Shown piece by piece: positions 8,959-19,876 of a DNA stretch of 64,000 nt. Position 1 is the first letter of the stretch; each line of letters starts with the position of its first letter. This stretch comes from Candidatus Omnitrophota bacterium. GTDB taxonomy: Bacteria > Omnitrophota > Gorgyraeia > Gygaellales > Gygaellaceae. The stretch covers positions 7,186 to 71,185 of the forward strand of contig JAGYNB010000004.1 of assembly GCA_018400015.1 (NCBI GenBank), read 5' to 3'. The notes beneath the pieces were generated by a model. That model had not been told where the DNA came from and ran no database searches. It was given only the letters and a program-made list of their open reading frames with translations. A program made the translations under genes and the position numbers.

Positions 8959-10065
8959 ATGTTAAATCTAAAAATAAAATATTTAATAATTGTATTTTTT
9001 ATAGTTCTGAACTTATTTTCTCCTATAGTGTACTCAAAAGAGATAATTGGAAACAATGAGGCTCTATTTTACAATAAACTAGATGATAAACAGCTGCAGT
9101 GTCAACTTTGTCCCAGACAATGTATTATTGCAAATAATAAAACAGGTTTTTGCGGAACAAGAAAAAATGTTAATGGTAAGCTTGTTTCACTTACCTATGG
9201 TAATTTGGTATCTTTTAACAGCTGGGATCCTATTGAGAAAAAGCCTTTATTCCATTTTATGAGTGGAGAGAAAGTTTTTTCAATTGCTACTGCCGGGTGC
9301 AATTTGAAGTGTAAGTTTTGCCAGAATTGGCAAATTTCTCATGCCTTGCCAAATCAGATAGATGCAAAACATTTTTCCCCTGATGAACTTGTAAGATTAG
9401 TTAAGGAAAATAAATGCAAAATAATTGCATATACTTATAATGAGCCAACGGTTTTTTATGAATTTATGCTTGATACGGCAAAGTCGGCACATGAACAGGG
9501 CATAAAAAACATTATGCATTCTTCAGGCTACATTAATGAAGAACCGCTTCGCGAGCTTGCAAAATATATTGATGCAGTCAATATTGATCTTAAGGGTTTT
9601 AGCGATGAGTTTTATAAAAAGATCTGCAATGGTACTCTTAAGCCAGTTCTTAAGACTTTAAAGATTTTAAAAGATGAAGGCGTGCATATAGAAATTACAA
9701 ACCTTATAATACCTTTATTTAATGACGATTTGGAAAAAATTAAGCAGATGTGTGTGTGGATAAAGGATAATTTAGGAGCTGACATTCCAATACATTTTTC
9801 TCGTTTCTTTCCTTGTTTTAAGCTTGATATGCTTTCGCCTACACCGGTTGATACATTAGTTAAAGCACGTACAATTGCCCTTGACTGTGGTCTTAAATAT
9901 GTTTATATTGGGAATATCGATAAATCATTGAGCGATTATGAAGATACATATTGTCCGAAATGTAAAAAGAAATTGATCGATCGGTCAGGTTATTTTATTA
10001 AGGAAAACAACCTAGAAAACGGAAGGTGTAAGTTTTGTAAGGAAAAAATATATGGACATTGGTAA
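8959..10065 (+). CDS. AmmeMemoRadiSam-system radical SAM enzyme with an N-terminal signal-peptide-like extension
   Basis: N-terminal Cys cluster CQLCPRQC...GFCGTR plus the rSAM motif CNLKCKFC (Cx3Cx2C), the architecture of the AmmeMemoRadiSam family. Residues 1-26 (MLNLKIKYLIIVFFIVLNLFSPIVYS) form a hydrophobic leader. Confidence 0.75.
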   Translation: MLNLKIKYLIIVFFIVLNLFSPIVYSKEIIGNNEALFYNKLDDKQLQCQLCPRQCIIANNKTGFCGTRKNVNGKLVSLTYGNLVSFNSWDPIEKKPLFHFMSGEKVFSIATAGCNLKCKFCQNWQISHALPNQIDAKHFSPDELVRLVKENKCKIIAYTYNEPTVFYEFMLDTAKSAHEQGIKNIMHSSGYINEEPLRELAKYIDAVNIDLKGFSDEFYKKICNGTLKPVLKTLKILKDEGVHIEITNLIIPLFNDDLEKIKQMCVWIKDNLGADIPIHFSRFFPCFKLDMLSPTPVDTLVKARTIALDCGLKYVYIGNIDKSLSDYEDTYCPKCKKKLIDRSGYFIKENNLENGRCKFCKEKIYGHW

Positions 10066-11527
10066 GATAAAAAAATCAATCATAGTAATTGGTATAGCCT
10101 CTTTTATAAGTTTTTATTGTGTTTATGCTTCAGATATAAAGAAGGCTGATTGCGCAGGTAAGTTTTACCCAAATAATCCTAAGCGGCTTAGCTCGATGAT
10201 TGAATCTGAACTTAAGCAGGCTGAGAAATTTGCGTTAGGAGAAAGAATTTATGCTTTGATCGGTCCTCATGCTGCCTATCAGTGTTCCGCTGGAGTGGCT
10301 GCGTCAGGGTTCAAACAACTTGAAAAAGAAAAAATAGATACTGTAATTTTATTAGGCCCAAGCCATCATTTTGGTTTTAATGGTATTGCTTTAGCAAGTT
10401 GGGATTCATTTGATGCTGTATTAGGTCAGTTTGAAGTAGATCTCAAGTTAAAAAGCAAATTGGTGCAGAATTTAAACTTTGTACAAGAAAATGATAGCGC
10501 TTTCAATAACGAACATTGTCTTGAAGTACAGCTACCTTTTTTAAAGACAGTTTTAGGTAACGTTAAGATTTTACCTGTTTTAACAGGCGATTTAAACACT
10601 CCTCAAATAAAAGAATTAGCATCTTTATTAAAAGATATAGTGTTGCGTAATAATATTTTGGTTATTGCCTCAAGTGATCTTTCGCATTATCATGATTACC
10701 AGCGTTGTAATTCGATTGATAGAAATACGTTATCAATTATTACCTCTTTAGATGTCGATAAGCTGCATAAAGGAGTCATTGATAAAACTGTACAGCTATG
10801 CGGTTATGCCTCAGTAGCTGTAGTTATGGAAATGGCTAAACAGCTTAATTTGAGATCAAAAGTATTAGAATATTCAAATTCTGGAGAAACATGTTCTAAC
10901 AAAAAACAAGTTGTTGGATATTCATCTATCGCTTTCTTTTATGATTCCAATTCTAAGGAGGCAAACATGCTTGAAGTTTTTCAGAAGAAAAGGCTTTTGG
11001 ATATTACCCGGAAAACATTAGGTGAGTTTTTAAAAACCGGCAGTTTAATTGCCCTTGATGACACTGACCCGGCTTTGTTGGCTGAAAAGGGTGCTTTTGT
11101 TACATTACGAAAGAATGGTAAATTACGTGGTTGTATCGGCAATATTTATCCAAAAGGAGCATTAAATAAAACCGTTCAAGGTATGGTTGTATCTGCAGCT
11201 ACGCAGGATCCTAGATTCAGCCCAGTGGAAGAGTCAGAATTAGGCCAGATTGAAATCGAGATTTCAGTTTTAAGCGTACCTAAAAGGGTAAATTCAGCTG
11301 ATGATATAGTATTAGGTAAACATGGTGTTATTGTTGAAAAAGGCTTTAATAAGGGGGTATTCTTACCGCAAGTGGCAGAAGAGACGGGTTGGAATAAAGA
11401 CGAGTTCTTAGGATATTTATGCGAGCATAAAGCCGGACTTAAAAAAGACGCCTGGAAAGACCCTTCAGTGAAGTTGTTTATTTTTGAAGCTGTTGTATTT
11501 TCGGAAAGAGACTATGATAATGATTGA
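10052..11527 (+). CDS. Memo-like protein (N-terminal) fused to an AMMECR1 domain (C-terminal), with an N-terminal signal-peptide-like extension
   Basis: Memo motifs GPHAAYQCSAG and LGPSHH in residues ~30-300, then the AMMECR1 motif LRGCIG. The N-terminus MDIGKIKKSIIVIGIASFISFYCVYA is hydrophobic. Confidence 0.75.
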   Translation: MDIGKIKKSIIVIGIASFISFYCVYASDIKKADCAGKFYPNNPKRLSSMIESELKQAEKFALGERIYALIGPHAAYQCSAGVAASGFKQLEKEKIDTVILLGPSHHFGFNGIALASWDSFDAVLGQFEVDLKLKSKLVQNLNFVQENDSAFNNEHCLEVQLPFLKTVLGNVKILPVLTGDLNTPQIKELASLLKDIVLRNNILVIASSDLSHYHDYQRCNSIDRNTLSIITSLDVDKLHKGVIDKTVQLCGYASVAVVMEMAKQLNLRSKVLEYSNSGETCSNKKQVVGYSSIAFFYDSNSKEANMLEVFQKKRLLDITRKTLGEFLKTGSLIALDDTDPALLAEKGAFVTLRKNGKLRGCIGNIYPKGALNKTVQGMVVSAATQDPRFSPVEESELGQIEIEISVLSVPKRVNSADDIVLGKHGVIVEKGFNKGVFLPQVAEETGWNKDEFLGYLCEHKAGLKKDAWKDPSVKLFIFEAVVFSERDYDND

Positions 11528-12176
11528 TGTAATAATGCTACTTTTCTTAAATGGAGTTTTTTTTGGTTCTGTTCTTTGTGTAGCAAGCTGCGGTCCGTTA
11601 GTTTTAAGTTATATTACTGCTTCAAAGCGCAGTTCTCGTGAGTCATTTAAGGTTTGGGCATTGTTTTCTCTAGGAAGAATAATAATCACTACGATTTTAG
11701 GTATGGTTGCAGGATTATTCGGTCAGTTTGTTATACAGAAGTTTTATTCGGGAATAGTCATAGACATTATTTTCATTCTTGCAGGACTCTTTATTCTTGT
11801 TATGGGGTTAATTATGTTATTTGAGGAGAAACTACGTTTCGATATCTGTAAGAAATTTCATAGTCACTTTATAAATACCCATAGGAAAGCTTCTTTATCT
11901 ATGGGTATTATTGTTGGGATGTTGCCGTGCGCTCCTTTATTAGGAATACTTCTTTATATCGCTTTAGTTTCCAAAAATTTTATTCAAGGCGGAGTGTATG
12001 CATTTAGTTTTAGTCTTGGTACATTTTTTTCGCCGTTAATGTTACTGGTAGTTTTAGCCGGAGCCTTACCTAAAATAATGGCCAAAAAGCCCAAAACATA
12101 CCTGATCTTTAGACGTATCTGCGGTATTATCATCTGTTATCTTGGCATAAATTTGATTACTTCAATTCTGCGTTAA
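11514..12176 (+). CDS. Polytopic membrane protein, DsbD_2/CcdA-like (paired cysteines in TM helices)
   Basis: About six TM helices, with CVASCGP in TM1 and LPCAP in a later helix. I set the start at an internal Met because the track's start at 11484 overlaps the upstream gene. The family assignment is tentative. Confidence 0.4.
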   Translation: MIMIDVIMLLFLNGVFFGSVLCVASCGPLVLSYITASKRSSRESFKVWALFSLGRIIITTILGMVAGLFGQFVIQKFYSGIVIDIIFILAGLFILVMGLIMLFEEKLRFDICKKFHSHFINTHRKASLSMGIIVGMLPCAPLLGILLYIALVSKNFIQGGVYAFSFSLGTFFSPLMLLVVLAGALPKIMAKKPKTYLIFRRICGIIICYLGINLITSILR

Positions 12177-12180
12177 CAAT

Positions 12181-12912
12181 ATGAGAAGATTTTTTTGTTT
12201 TAGTAAGAATATTTATAATAACCAGATTATCATTGATGATGCGGCAGAGTTGCACCATATTAAAAACGTATCAAGACTTAAAGTAAACGATAGTTTGTGT
12301 ATATTTGATGAATCTGGAAGAGAATATCAGTGTTCTATAGATTCTTTTACTAATGATTCTGTCAGGCTTAAGATAATCAAGCAGTTGAAAAAAGATAAAT
12401 CTCCTCATGTTGATTTGTCGGTGGCTTGTGCAATTGCAAAGGGTAAGAGATTTGATAATGTGTTAGAAAAGCTTACAGAACTTGGGGTAACAAGAATAAT
12501 CCCTGTTAAGACTAAAAGAACAATTCCCCAAATTGATTTAAAAGCACAGAAGAAGAATTCGCGCTGGATGAAAGTTATTTTAGCAGCTTGTAAACAATCA
12601 TTTAGAATAGATATTCCTGAACTTACAGCTGTCAAAGCATTAAAAGATGTTTGTAGTTTAAAAGGCGATTTCGACTTAAAATTAATTGCTTTTAAGCGTG
12701 AGGGCAGTGTTCCCATATTAAAGGTTTTGGAGGGTAATTCTTTTAGTAGTGTGGTTGTGCTTATCGGACCAGAGGGAGATTTTACAGAAAGCGAAGTTAC
12801 TCAAGCTGAACAACACGGTTTTATCCCTGTTAGTTTAGGAAATAATATCTTACGGGTAGATACTGCTTCAATTTATGCTTCGAGCGTTATTATCAGTTAT
12901 GCCAACAGTTAA
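12181..12912 (+). CDS. rsmE: 16S rRNA (uracil1498-N3)-methyltransferase RsmE
   Basis: PUA-like N-terminus plus a SPOUT domain with GPEGDFTESE. Confidence 0.8.
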   Translation: MRRFFCFSKNIYNNQIIIDDAAELHHIKNVSRLKVNDSLCIFDESGREYQCSIDSFTNDSVRLKIIKQLKKDKSPHVDLSVACAIAKGKRFDNVLEKLTELGVTRIIPVKTKRTIPQIDLKAQKKNSRWMKVILAACKQSFRIDIPELTAVKALKDVCSLKGDFDLKLIAFKREGSVPILKVLEGNSFSSVVVLIGPEGDFTESEVTQAEQHGFIPVSLGNNILRVDTASIYASSVIISYANS

Positions 12913-14152
12913 ATTCCATACATTCGGTTGTAAGGTTAATCAATATGAAACCCAGTTGATGCGTGAAATGTTGTATTCTGCTGGGATAAGAGAAGTGGAT
13001 TGCGATCAACCTGATATAGTTGTTATTAATGGCTGCAGCGTTACTGCAAGAGCACATCGGGATTCAGTATCAATAATTAAGAAAACATTAAAGTTTAATC
13101 CTATTGCGAAGATTATTGCTTGCGGATGTTTTGTGGAATTTGATTCGTCTGCTATTAAAAACCTTAATGATGAGATCATATTAATAAAAAATAACCAAAA
13201 ACAACAGATACTTTCTTATTTAAATATAAAGAATATCTTCTTAAAGAAATATATTACAAATTTCTTTGGCCATTCAAGGGCATTTGTTAAGGTTCAGGAT
13301 GGTTGCAACAATTTTTGCAGTTATTGTATTGTTCCTTATTTAAGAGGAAGATCTCGCAGCAGAAATATTAAATCAATTTTAAAAGAGATAGAATCAATTT
13401 CCGGTAACGGATATAATGAAATAGTCCTGACAGGGATTTGTTTAGGGGAGTACGGTAAAGATTTTAAACAAAAAAAAGATTTAAGTTTTCTGTTAAGAGA
13501 AATCCTTAAGATAAAATCTGATTTTCGCATAAGGTTAAGTTCCATTGAGTTTCATAACATCACAAAAGAGTTGGTAAGCCTTATCAATTCTTCTGATAGG
13601 ATCTGTCGACATTTACATATACCTCTTCAAAGTGGTGATGATAAGATCTTAAAAAGTATGAATAGACATTACAGAGTAAAAGATTTTTTGCTCAAGATAG
13701 ATGAAATAAGGCTTAAGATCCCTGATATTGCAATTTCGACAGATATCATTGTAGGTTTTCCAAATGAAGATGATAAAAGTTTTCTCAATTGCGTCCGCAC
13801 TGTAAGACGATTGCGGCCAATGAGAATGCATATTTTTACTTATAGCAAAAGACCGCTAACAGAGGCGGGGAGAATTAATACTAATTTATCTAATGGAATG
13901 CAGATTAAACAAAGAAAGCTAGAGTTAGCGCAATTAGCGGATGATTTAGCAATTGATTACTATAACTCTTTTCTGGGTAAGAAGTTAGAAGTATTGGTTG
14001 AGTCTAGGAATAAATCTGGCTATTATACAGGATATACAGGTAATTATATATATACTAATTTTAAAAGCAAGTTAATTAAGAAAGGATTATTGCAACCTGT
14101 TGTTTTAGAGAGAGTTACGCAAAAGTCAACCTTCTCAAAGCCGATATGTTAA
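12875..14152 (+). CDS. mtaB: MiaB-like radical SAM methylthiotransferase (MtaB family)
   Basis: N-terminal MTTase domain (FHTFGCKVNQYE), the rSAM CNNFCSYC motif, and a TRAM-like C-terminus. Confidence 0.75.
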   Translation: MLRALLSVMPTVKFHTFGCKVNQYETQLMREMLYSAGIREVDCDQPDIVVINGCSVTARAHRDSVSIIKKTLKFNPIAKIIACGCFVEFDSSAIKNLNDEIILIKNNQKQQILSYLNIKNIFLKKYITNFFGHSRAFVKVQDGCNNFCSYCIVPYLRGRSRSRNIKSILKEIESISGNGYNEIVLTGICLGEYGKDFKQKKDLSFLLREILKIKSDFRIRLSSIEFHNITKELVSLINSSDRICRHLHIPLQSGDDKILKSMNRHYRVKDFLLKIDEIRLKIPDIAISTDIIVGFPNEDDKSFLNCVRTVRRLRPMRMHIFTYSKRPLTEAGRINTNLSNGMQIKQRKLELAQLADDLAIDYYNSFLGKKLEVLVESRNKSGYYTGYTGNYIYTNFKSKLIKKGLLQPVVLERVTQKSTFSKPIC

Positions 14153-14180
14153 TTTAATAGTGCCTGCCCTTGAAATTCCC

Positions 14181-14189
14181 TGTATAATA
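14181..14189 (+). promoter_or_regulatory. Candidate extended -10 (TGTATAAT) upstream of cvpA
   Basis: tgtataat at 14181-14188. The leader then carries a C7 run (14210-14216) where a Shine-Dalgarno sequence would normally sit. Confidence 0.3.
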
Positions 14190-14223
14190 TGTTATACTTA
14201 CTTAATTTACCCCCCCAATATAT

Positions 14224-14790
14224 ATGATAAAAGAAATAATTTCAAAGCTAAACTGGGTTGACATCTGTATAATTGTGCTTTTTATAAGGCTTATTTACAT
14301 TGGTGCAAAAACTGGTTTTCCCACAGAGTTTTTTAAGTTTATCGGTTTGGTTTTTGGTAGCATAATTGCGTTTCATTATTATGCAAATATAGCAGCTTGG
14401 GTTAATATTAAGGTTAACTTGCCTAAAATGCCGGTTGAGTTTGTCAGTTATCTTGTAGTTTTAATCGTGTCCTTGGTATTGTTTGTTTTAATCAGAAATT
14501 TAATCTTAAGATTGATTCATATTGAGGCAGTTTCAACTGTTAATAGATGGGGCGGTTTTTTATTAAGTGTTTTAAGGGCAGGATTTCTTTGTTCGGCGAT
14601 AATTATCGGCATGCTTATTACCAATAACGGTTATCTTAAGAAAAGCATAGAAACCTCTTTTTTTAGTAAGAAAGTAGTAATGCTTGGTCCAAATGTTTAC
14701 AGGTTGACTTGGAATATGATTTTTAGTAAATTTTTGCCAAAAGGCAATTTAAATAATCAGCTTTTTGATTTGACAAAAGGAGAAAAATGA
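14224..14790 (+). CDS. cvpA: CvpA family membrane protein
   Basis: Four TM helices with a CvpA-like N-terminus (WVDICIIVLFI). Confidence 0.7.
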   Translation: MIKEIISKLNWVDICIIVLFIRLIYIGAKTGFPTEFFKFIGLVFGSIIAFHYYANIAAWVNIKVNLPKMPVEFVSYLVVLIVSLVLFVLIRNLILRLIHIEAVSTVNRWGGFLLSVLRAGFLCSAIIIGMLITNNGYLKKSIETSFFSKKVVMLGPNVYRLTWNMIFSKFLPKGNLNNQLFDLTKGEK

Positions 14791-15740
14791 AATTAAAGCA
14801 GATATATGAATCGGCTGTTAAAATAGGTATAAAAAACGATCCCCGGGGGCTTAAGGCTGTTAAGGATAAGCTTAAAGAAAATAGGAAGCGTTTTCATAGT
14901 TTGAACAAGAATCAAAAAAAGTTTTTTGATAAAAATGAGTTAACCAACCCTTATGCAGATACACGAATTTTAAACGGCAGTACAGAGTTAAATGTTAAAA
15001 ATGTGATGGTTGGCATAGATATTGATGTTTCCGAAGTTCTTTTATTTGATCGTTTAAGAGAAGATAAGAAACTGGATTTATTGATTTCACATCATCCTGA
15101 AGGTTTTGCTTTGGCAGGATTATATGATGTGATGGGTATGCATAAAGGAATTCTTTCCAGAAAAGGGTTGGATCCTGAATTGACAAAAAATCTTTTACAG
15201 GAAAGAATTGACTTGGTTCAGCGCAGGCTTTTGCCCGGTAATCATGAGAAAACAATTGATTCAGCAAAATTATTGGATGTTGCTTTGATGTCAGCTCATA
15301 CCGTTGCTGATAATTGTGTAGCTACTTTTTTGCAGAGTTTATTTGATAAAAAGAAACCGAAAACACTTAAAGATTTATTGAATGTTTTGTTTTCAATAAA
15401 GGAATATCGGCTGGCAGCAGCAAAGAAGACCGGTCCTTCAATCATCTCCGGAAAAGAAAAAGATTCATGTTCTAAAGTGTTTGTTGATATGACCGGAGGC
15501 ACTGAAGGTTCAAAAGATATATTCGGTCGTCTTTCTCAAGCAGGTATAAGAACATTGGTTTGTATGCATTTAAGCGAAGATCACTTAAAAGAAGCAAAGA
15601 AACAAAGTCTTAATGTTGTTATTGCAGGACATATTTCTTCAGATACTCTCGGATTAAACCTTCTTTTTGATGAAATTGAAAAGAAACAAAAGCTGAATTT
15701 TGTTTGCTGTTCGGGGTTTGAAAGAATAAGACATAGATGA
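14787..15740 (+). CDS. Nif3-like dinuclear metal centre protein
   Basis: HHPEGF and the C-terminal AGHISSDT motif (NIF3 family), in the classic position upstream of dnaG-rpoD. Confidence 0.5.
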   Translation: MKLKQIYESAVKIGIKNDPRGLKAVKDKLKENRKRFHSLNKNQKKFFDKNELTNPYADTRILNGSTELNVKNVMVGIDIDVSEVLLFDRLREDKKLDLLISHHPEGFALAGLYDVMGMHKGILSRKGLDPELTKNLLQERIDLVQRRLLPGNHEKTIDSAKLLDVALMSAHTVADNCVATFLQSLFDKKKPKTLKDLLNVLFSIKEYRLAAAKKTGPSIISGKEKDSCSKVFVDMTGGTEGSKDIFGRLSQAGIRTLVCMHLSEDHLKEAKKQSLNVVIAGHISSDTLGLNLLFDEIEKKQKLNFVCCSGFERIRHR

Positions 15741-17491
15741 ATAATATCTCAGAAAACACCTTAGATGATATCTTAAGCAAGATAGATATAGTTCAGTTGA
15801 TTTCAGGATATTTGCCGCTTAAGCGCGCCGGTAGGAATTTTAGGGCTAATTGTCCGTTTCATGCTGAAAAAACTCCTTCTTTTATGGTTAGTCCTGAACG
15901 TCAGATTTATCATTGTTTTGGTTGCGGTGCAGGCGGCAACGCGATTAGTTTTTTAATGAAGCATGAAAGAATGACTTTTCCTGATGCTGTGGAGACATTA
16001 GCGCGGATGGCCGGTGTAACAATGCCGCGTAGTAAAGATTATTCAAAATCAGACAATATCAAGACTAAGCTTTATCGTGTGAATGAAATTGCAGCCGATT
16101 ACTTTCATGAAAGATTGGTAAATCCTACAGGAAGAGAAAAGCTGTCAATCGATTATCTTAAAAAAAGAAATATTTCTGATTCTATCATAAAGAGGTTTAG
16201 GTTGGGGTATTCTCCCGAAAATTGGGATTCTTTGGTTAAATATTTATCAGCTAAAGGCGTTCCGATTTCTTTAATAGAGAAATCTGGTCTTGCTATTTCA
16301 AAATCTACAGGCGGTTATTATGATCGGTTTCGTAGCCGGGTTATGATTCCTATTGCTGATATACGTTCACGTATTGTCGGATTCGGTGCAAGGGTATTAG
16401 ATAATAGTTTACCAAAGTATATAAATTCTCCTGAGAGTCCTATTTACACTAAAGGTGAACATCTTTATGGTTTGGATATTGCAAAGCAGGCTATTAAAGA
16501 GCAAGATCAGGCTTTGGTGGTCGAAGGTTATATGGATTTTCTTGCTTGTTATAGCGTCGGCATTGAGAATGTTGTTGCATCTTTAGGCACAGCGTTAACT
16601 ATTTCTCAAATAAGATTATTAAGAAGATTTTCTAATAATATTGTTGTTATATTTGATTCAGACGAAGCCGGTGAGATGGCAAGTATGCGTAGCCTTGATT
16701 TGTTTATCGAGCAGGATATACCCGCAAGAGTTGTTAATTTGGATAAAGGCTTCGACCCAGATACTTTTATAAAAGATAAAGGTATTGTTGAATTTAAGAA
16801 TAGAGTTGATTCTGCTTTAACCATTTATGATTTTAAATTAGGTGTTTTACGCAAGAACTTTAATGAAAGAGATGTACACATAAAGGCAAAAATAGCCAAT
16901 GAAATGCTTTTATCAATTGCTAAGTTTCAAGATAATATCTTAAAATCAGAATATATCAGAAAATTATCGGAAGACCTCGATTTAAAAGAGGATGTTCTTT
17001 TAACAGAGTTAAAGAAAATTCAAAATAAACAAAAGGGTCTAAAATTCGAATTTAGTTCTTCTGATTCCGGCGTTGATCCAAAAGAGTTTTTGATATTAAA
17101 ATTAATTCTTTCCGATGAAGAACTTATAAATAAATATGTTGGATTGCTTCGTGATTGTAAACTTAGCGATAATAGAATTATCAGGGTTATCGATAAGATT
17201 TACACGTTTGTTGAAAATGGTAAGAAATTTAGTATAAATATGTTATTGAATTGTTTTATTGAAGATACAGCTTCGGAGATTATCTGTAAGGCTGTCTCTG
17301 ATAATAGTGATATTCCTGAAGACAAAGAAAAGGTTTTAGTCAGTTGTATTGAAAGGATTAAAATAGATAATATAAGATTAAGACGGCAAGAGTTGGAAGA
17401 ACGCATCCGTAATGCCGAGAGAACAAAAAATAGGCAAGAATTAGATTCTCTTTTGCAGGAATTCTTAATCTTAACAAAAAAGGATGGATAA
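15737..17491 (+). CDS. dnaG: DNA primase DnaG
   Basis: CHC2 zinc finger ([11 protein letters not shown]...HCFGCG) and a TOPRIM domain. Confidence 0.9.
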   Translation: MNNISENTLDDILSKIDIVQLISGYLPLKRAGRNFRANCPFHAEKTPSFMVSPERQIYHCFGCGAGGNAISFLMKHERMTFPDAVETLARMAGVTMPRSKDYSKSDNIKTKLYRVNEIAADYFHERLVNPTGREKLSIDYLKKRNISDSIIKRFRLGYSPENWDSLVKYLSAKGVPISLIEKSGLAISKSTGGYYDRFRSRVMIPIADIRSRIVGFGARVLDNSLPKYINSPESPIYTKGEHLYGLDIAKQAIKEQDQALVVEGYMDFLACYSVGIENVVASLGTALTISQIRLLRRFSNNIVVIFDSDEAGEMASMRSLDLFIEQDIPARVVNLDKGFDPDTFIKDKGIVEFKNRVDSALTIYDFKLGVLRKNFNERDVHIKAKIANEMLLSIAKFQDNILKSEYIRKLSEDLDLKEDVLLTELKKIQNKQKGLKFEFSSSDSGVDPKEFLILKLILSDEELINKYVGLLRDCKLSDNRIIRVIDKIYTFVENGKKFSINMLLNCFIEDTASEIICKAVSDNSDIPEDKEKVLVSCIERIKIDNIRLRRQELEERIRNAERTKNRQELDSLLQEFLILTKKDG

Positions 17492-19044
17492 TGGAAAAAC
17501 AGAATGTAAAAAAAGATGTTGAAAAGCTTATTATCGTTGGTAAACAAAAAGGCTATGTTACATATGATGAGTTGAATAATTTACTTCCTAGCGATATAAG
17601 TTCTTCAGATGATATTGATAATGTTTTTGATATTTTAGTTGATGAGGATATTGATGTTATCGATGTTTCAGAGGTTAAATCGCGTGAGGTGGAATTTTCA
17701 AAAGTTAATTCTGATGAAGAAGATGAAGAATCAATCTTAAAAATCGAAGATAAATTTTTGCCTTTGGACGATCCTGTGAAGATGTATCTTAAACAGATGG
17801 GTTCGATCTCTCTTTTGACCAGGGAACAGGAAATTGATTTGGCAAAAAAGATCGAATATTCCGAGTTTAGATTAAGAGATGCGGTATTATCTGTTCCTTT
17901 CGCCAGAGATGAGGTATTGGATATCGCTAAACGTATTGCCGACGGAACAGATAACATAGAAGAAATTGTTAAAGACGATTTGAAGGTTAATAAAGATTTT
18001 ATAGTTCGTAAAGTTAAGAAATTAACCAACAGGTTAAAAAAGACCCGGAGAAAATCTAATAATCAGAAAATTCTTTCTGAATTTAATTTTACTGTATCTG
18101 TTGTTGAAGATATATCTTTAAGGTTCTGTAAAATGATGAAAGAGTGCGATAGTTTTACAAGGCAGATTAATAAGTGCACTAAAAGAAAAGCTTCTTTAAA
18201 GAAGAAAAAAGAGCTAACTACTAAGAAAAGAAAGATTTTAAAAGTTCTTGGGTTGGATTACGATAAGGCTAAGGAAAGATTAAAGATTATAAAGGTGAGG
18301 CAGTCACGGTTTAACCGTTTTAAGAAAAAACTGGTAGAAGCTAACCTTAGGCTTGTAGTGAGCATTGCTAAAAAATATACAAATAGAGGTCTTTCGTTTC
18401 TGGATTTAATTCAGGAAGGTAACATTGGTCTGATGAGGGCTGTAGAAAAGTTTGAATACCAAAGAGGGTATAAGTTTTCTACATATGCGACCTGGTGGAT
18501 AAGACAGGCAATTACTCGTTCTATCGCCGATCAGGCTAGAACTATAAGGATTCCCGTGCACATGACGGAAACAATAAATAAGATTATCCGTGTAACAAGA
18601 ATATTCGTTCAGGAAAACGGACGTGAACCTTCTCCGGAAGAAGTAGCGCGTTTAATGAGGCTTCCACAGGATAAGGTAAAAAGTATTCTTAAAGTTGCGC
18701 AGGAACCCATATCTTTACAGACTCCTATTGGTGATGAAGGGGACACCCATTTCGGCGATTTTATAGAAGACAAAAAGGCGGTTTCGCCTGCAAATGCGAC
18801 AGCAGACTCAATGTTGCGTGAAGAAATAGACGGTGCATTGGAAAGTTTAAGTGATAGAGAAAAAAGAATACTTACTATGCGTTTTGGTATAACTGATGGT
18901 TGCGCCCACACTCTAGAAGAGGTTGGTAATGTTTTTAAAGTCACTCGTGAACGCGTGCGTCAGATTGAAGCTAAGGCATTAAGAAAATTGCGTCATCCCA
19001 CACGTTCAAGGGCATTGCAACAGTTTCTCGACCGTCAACTTTAA
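17491..19044 (+). CDS. rpoD: RNA polymerase sigma factor RpoD (sigma-70)
   Basis: Regions 1.2, 2, 3 and 4 are conserved ([27 protein letters not shown]). Confidence 0.95.
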   Translation: MEKQNVKKDVEKLIIVGKQKGYVTYDELNNLLPSDISSSDDIDNVFDILVDEDIDVIDVSEVKSREVEFSKVNSDEEDEESILKIEDKFLPLDDPVKMYLKQMGSISLLTREQEIDLAKKIEYSEFRLRDAVLSVPFARDEVLDIAKRIADGTDNIEEIVKDDLKVNKDFIVRKVKKLTNRLKKTRRKSNNQKILSEFNFTVSVVEDISLRFCKMMKECDSFTRQINKCTKRKASLKKKKELTTKKRKILKVLGLDYDKAKERLKIIKVRQSRFNRFKKKLVEANLRLVVSIAKKYTNRGLSFLDLIQEGNIGLMRAVEKFEYQRGYKFSTYATWWIRQAITRSIADQARTIRIPVHMTETINKIIRVTRIFVQENGREPSPEEVARLMRLPQDKVKSILKVAQEPISLQTPIGDEGDTHFGDFIEDKKAVSPANATADSMLREEIDGALESLSDREKRILTMRFGITDGCAHTLEEVGNVFKVTRERVRQIEAKALRKLRHPTRSRALQQFLDRQL

Positions 19045-19049
19045 TATTC

Positions 19050-19799
19050 ATGTCAAAAAAAGCAATAATTATCGGAGCCAGCTCTGGCATTGGTGCGGAG
19101 CTCGCTAGGCAATTATCTTGTCTTGGGTATGAACTAGGCTTAGTTGCCAGAAGAACACAGCTTTTAAAGGATCTTCAGAAAACGCTTTCCACAAAATCAT
19201 TAATAAAAACAATCGATGTAAGATTAGTTGATGATGCTAAAAAACAACTTCAAGAACTCATCAGTGAAATGCAGCAGGTGGATTTGATCATTGTTAATTC
19301 CGGAATTTGGATAGCTAATCCTGATTTGGATCTTGATTTTGAAATAGAAACAATAAAAGTCAATGTGCTTGGCTTTGTATCTATGATAAATGTTGCTGTA
19401 AAATATTTTATTTCTATTGGAAGCGGTCATATTGTTGGGATATCTTCCATTGCCGGCTTAAGAGGAAGCGGACGTTCACCAAGTTATAACGCATCCAAAG
19501 CTTTTGTTTCCATTTATATGGCAGGGTTAAGGCAAAAATTAAGCACAAACAATATTGTTGTTACAGATATTAGGCCAGGTCTTGTTGATACTCCTATGGT
19601 AAAAGGGAGAAAGAATAACTTCTGGTTGCAGCCTGTTGAAAAGGCAGTCCATCAGATAATTAGCGCAATAAATAATAAAAGAAAAGTTGTTTATGTAACA
19701 AAAAGATGGGGTTTGATCGCTTTTTTATCAAAATTATTACCGGAAGCTTTATATAACTATATATATAATAAGCAGATAAGCAAATCTTTGAAAAGATAA
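19050..19799 (+). CDS. SDR family oxidoreductase
   Basis: N-terminal GASSGIG Rossmann motif and the catalytic YNASK. Confidence 0.7.
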   Translation: MSKKAIIIGASSGIGAELARQLSCLGYELGLVARRTQLLKDLQKTLSTKSLIKTIDVRLVDDAKKQLQELISEMQQVDLIIVNSGIWIANPDLDLDFEIETIKVNVLGFVSMINVAVKYFISIGSGHIVGISSIAGLRGSGRSPSYNASKAFVSIYMAGLRQKLSTNNIVVTDIRPGLVDTPMVKGRKNNFWLQPVEKAVHQIISAINNKRKVVYVTKRWGLIAFLSKLLPEALYNYIYNKQISKSLKR

Positions 19800-19876
19800 C
19801 AAACAAGATATTTTTATTCAAGAGTCTTAACTAACATTTCCGCAATAAGTTAAATCAATTCTTTAGTTTTTTTTAC

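Noticed and set aside
14787-15740. Whether the Nif3-like ORF might instead be a novel protein.
   Set aside because: HHPEGF and the C-terminal GH motif, plus the classic position upstream of dnaG-rpoD, favour the NIF3 family. The long insert is within family variation.
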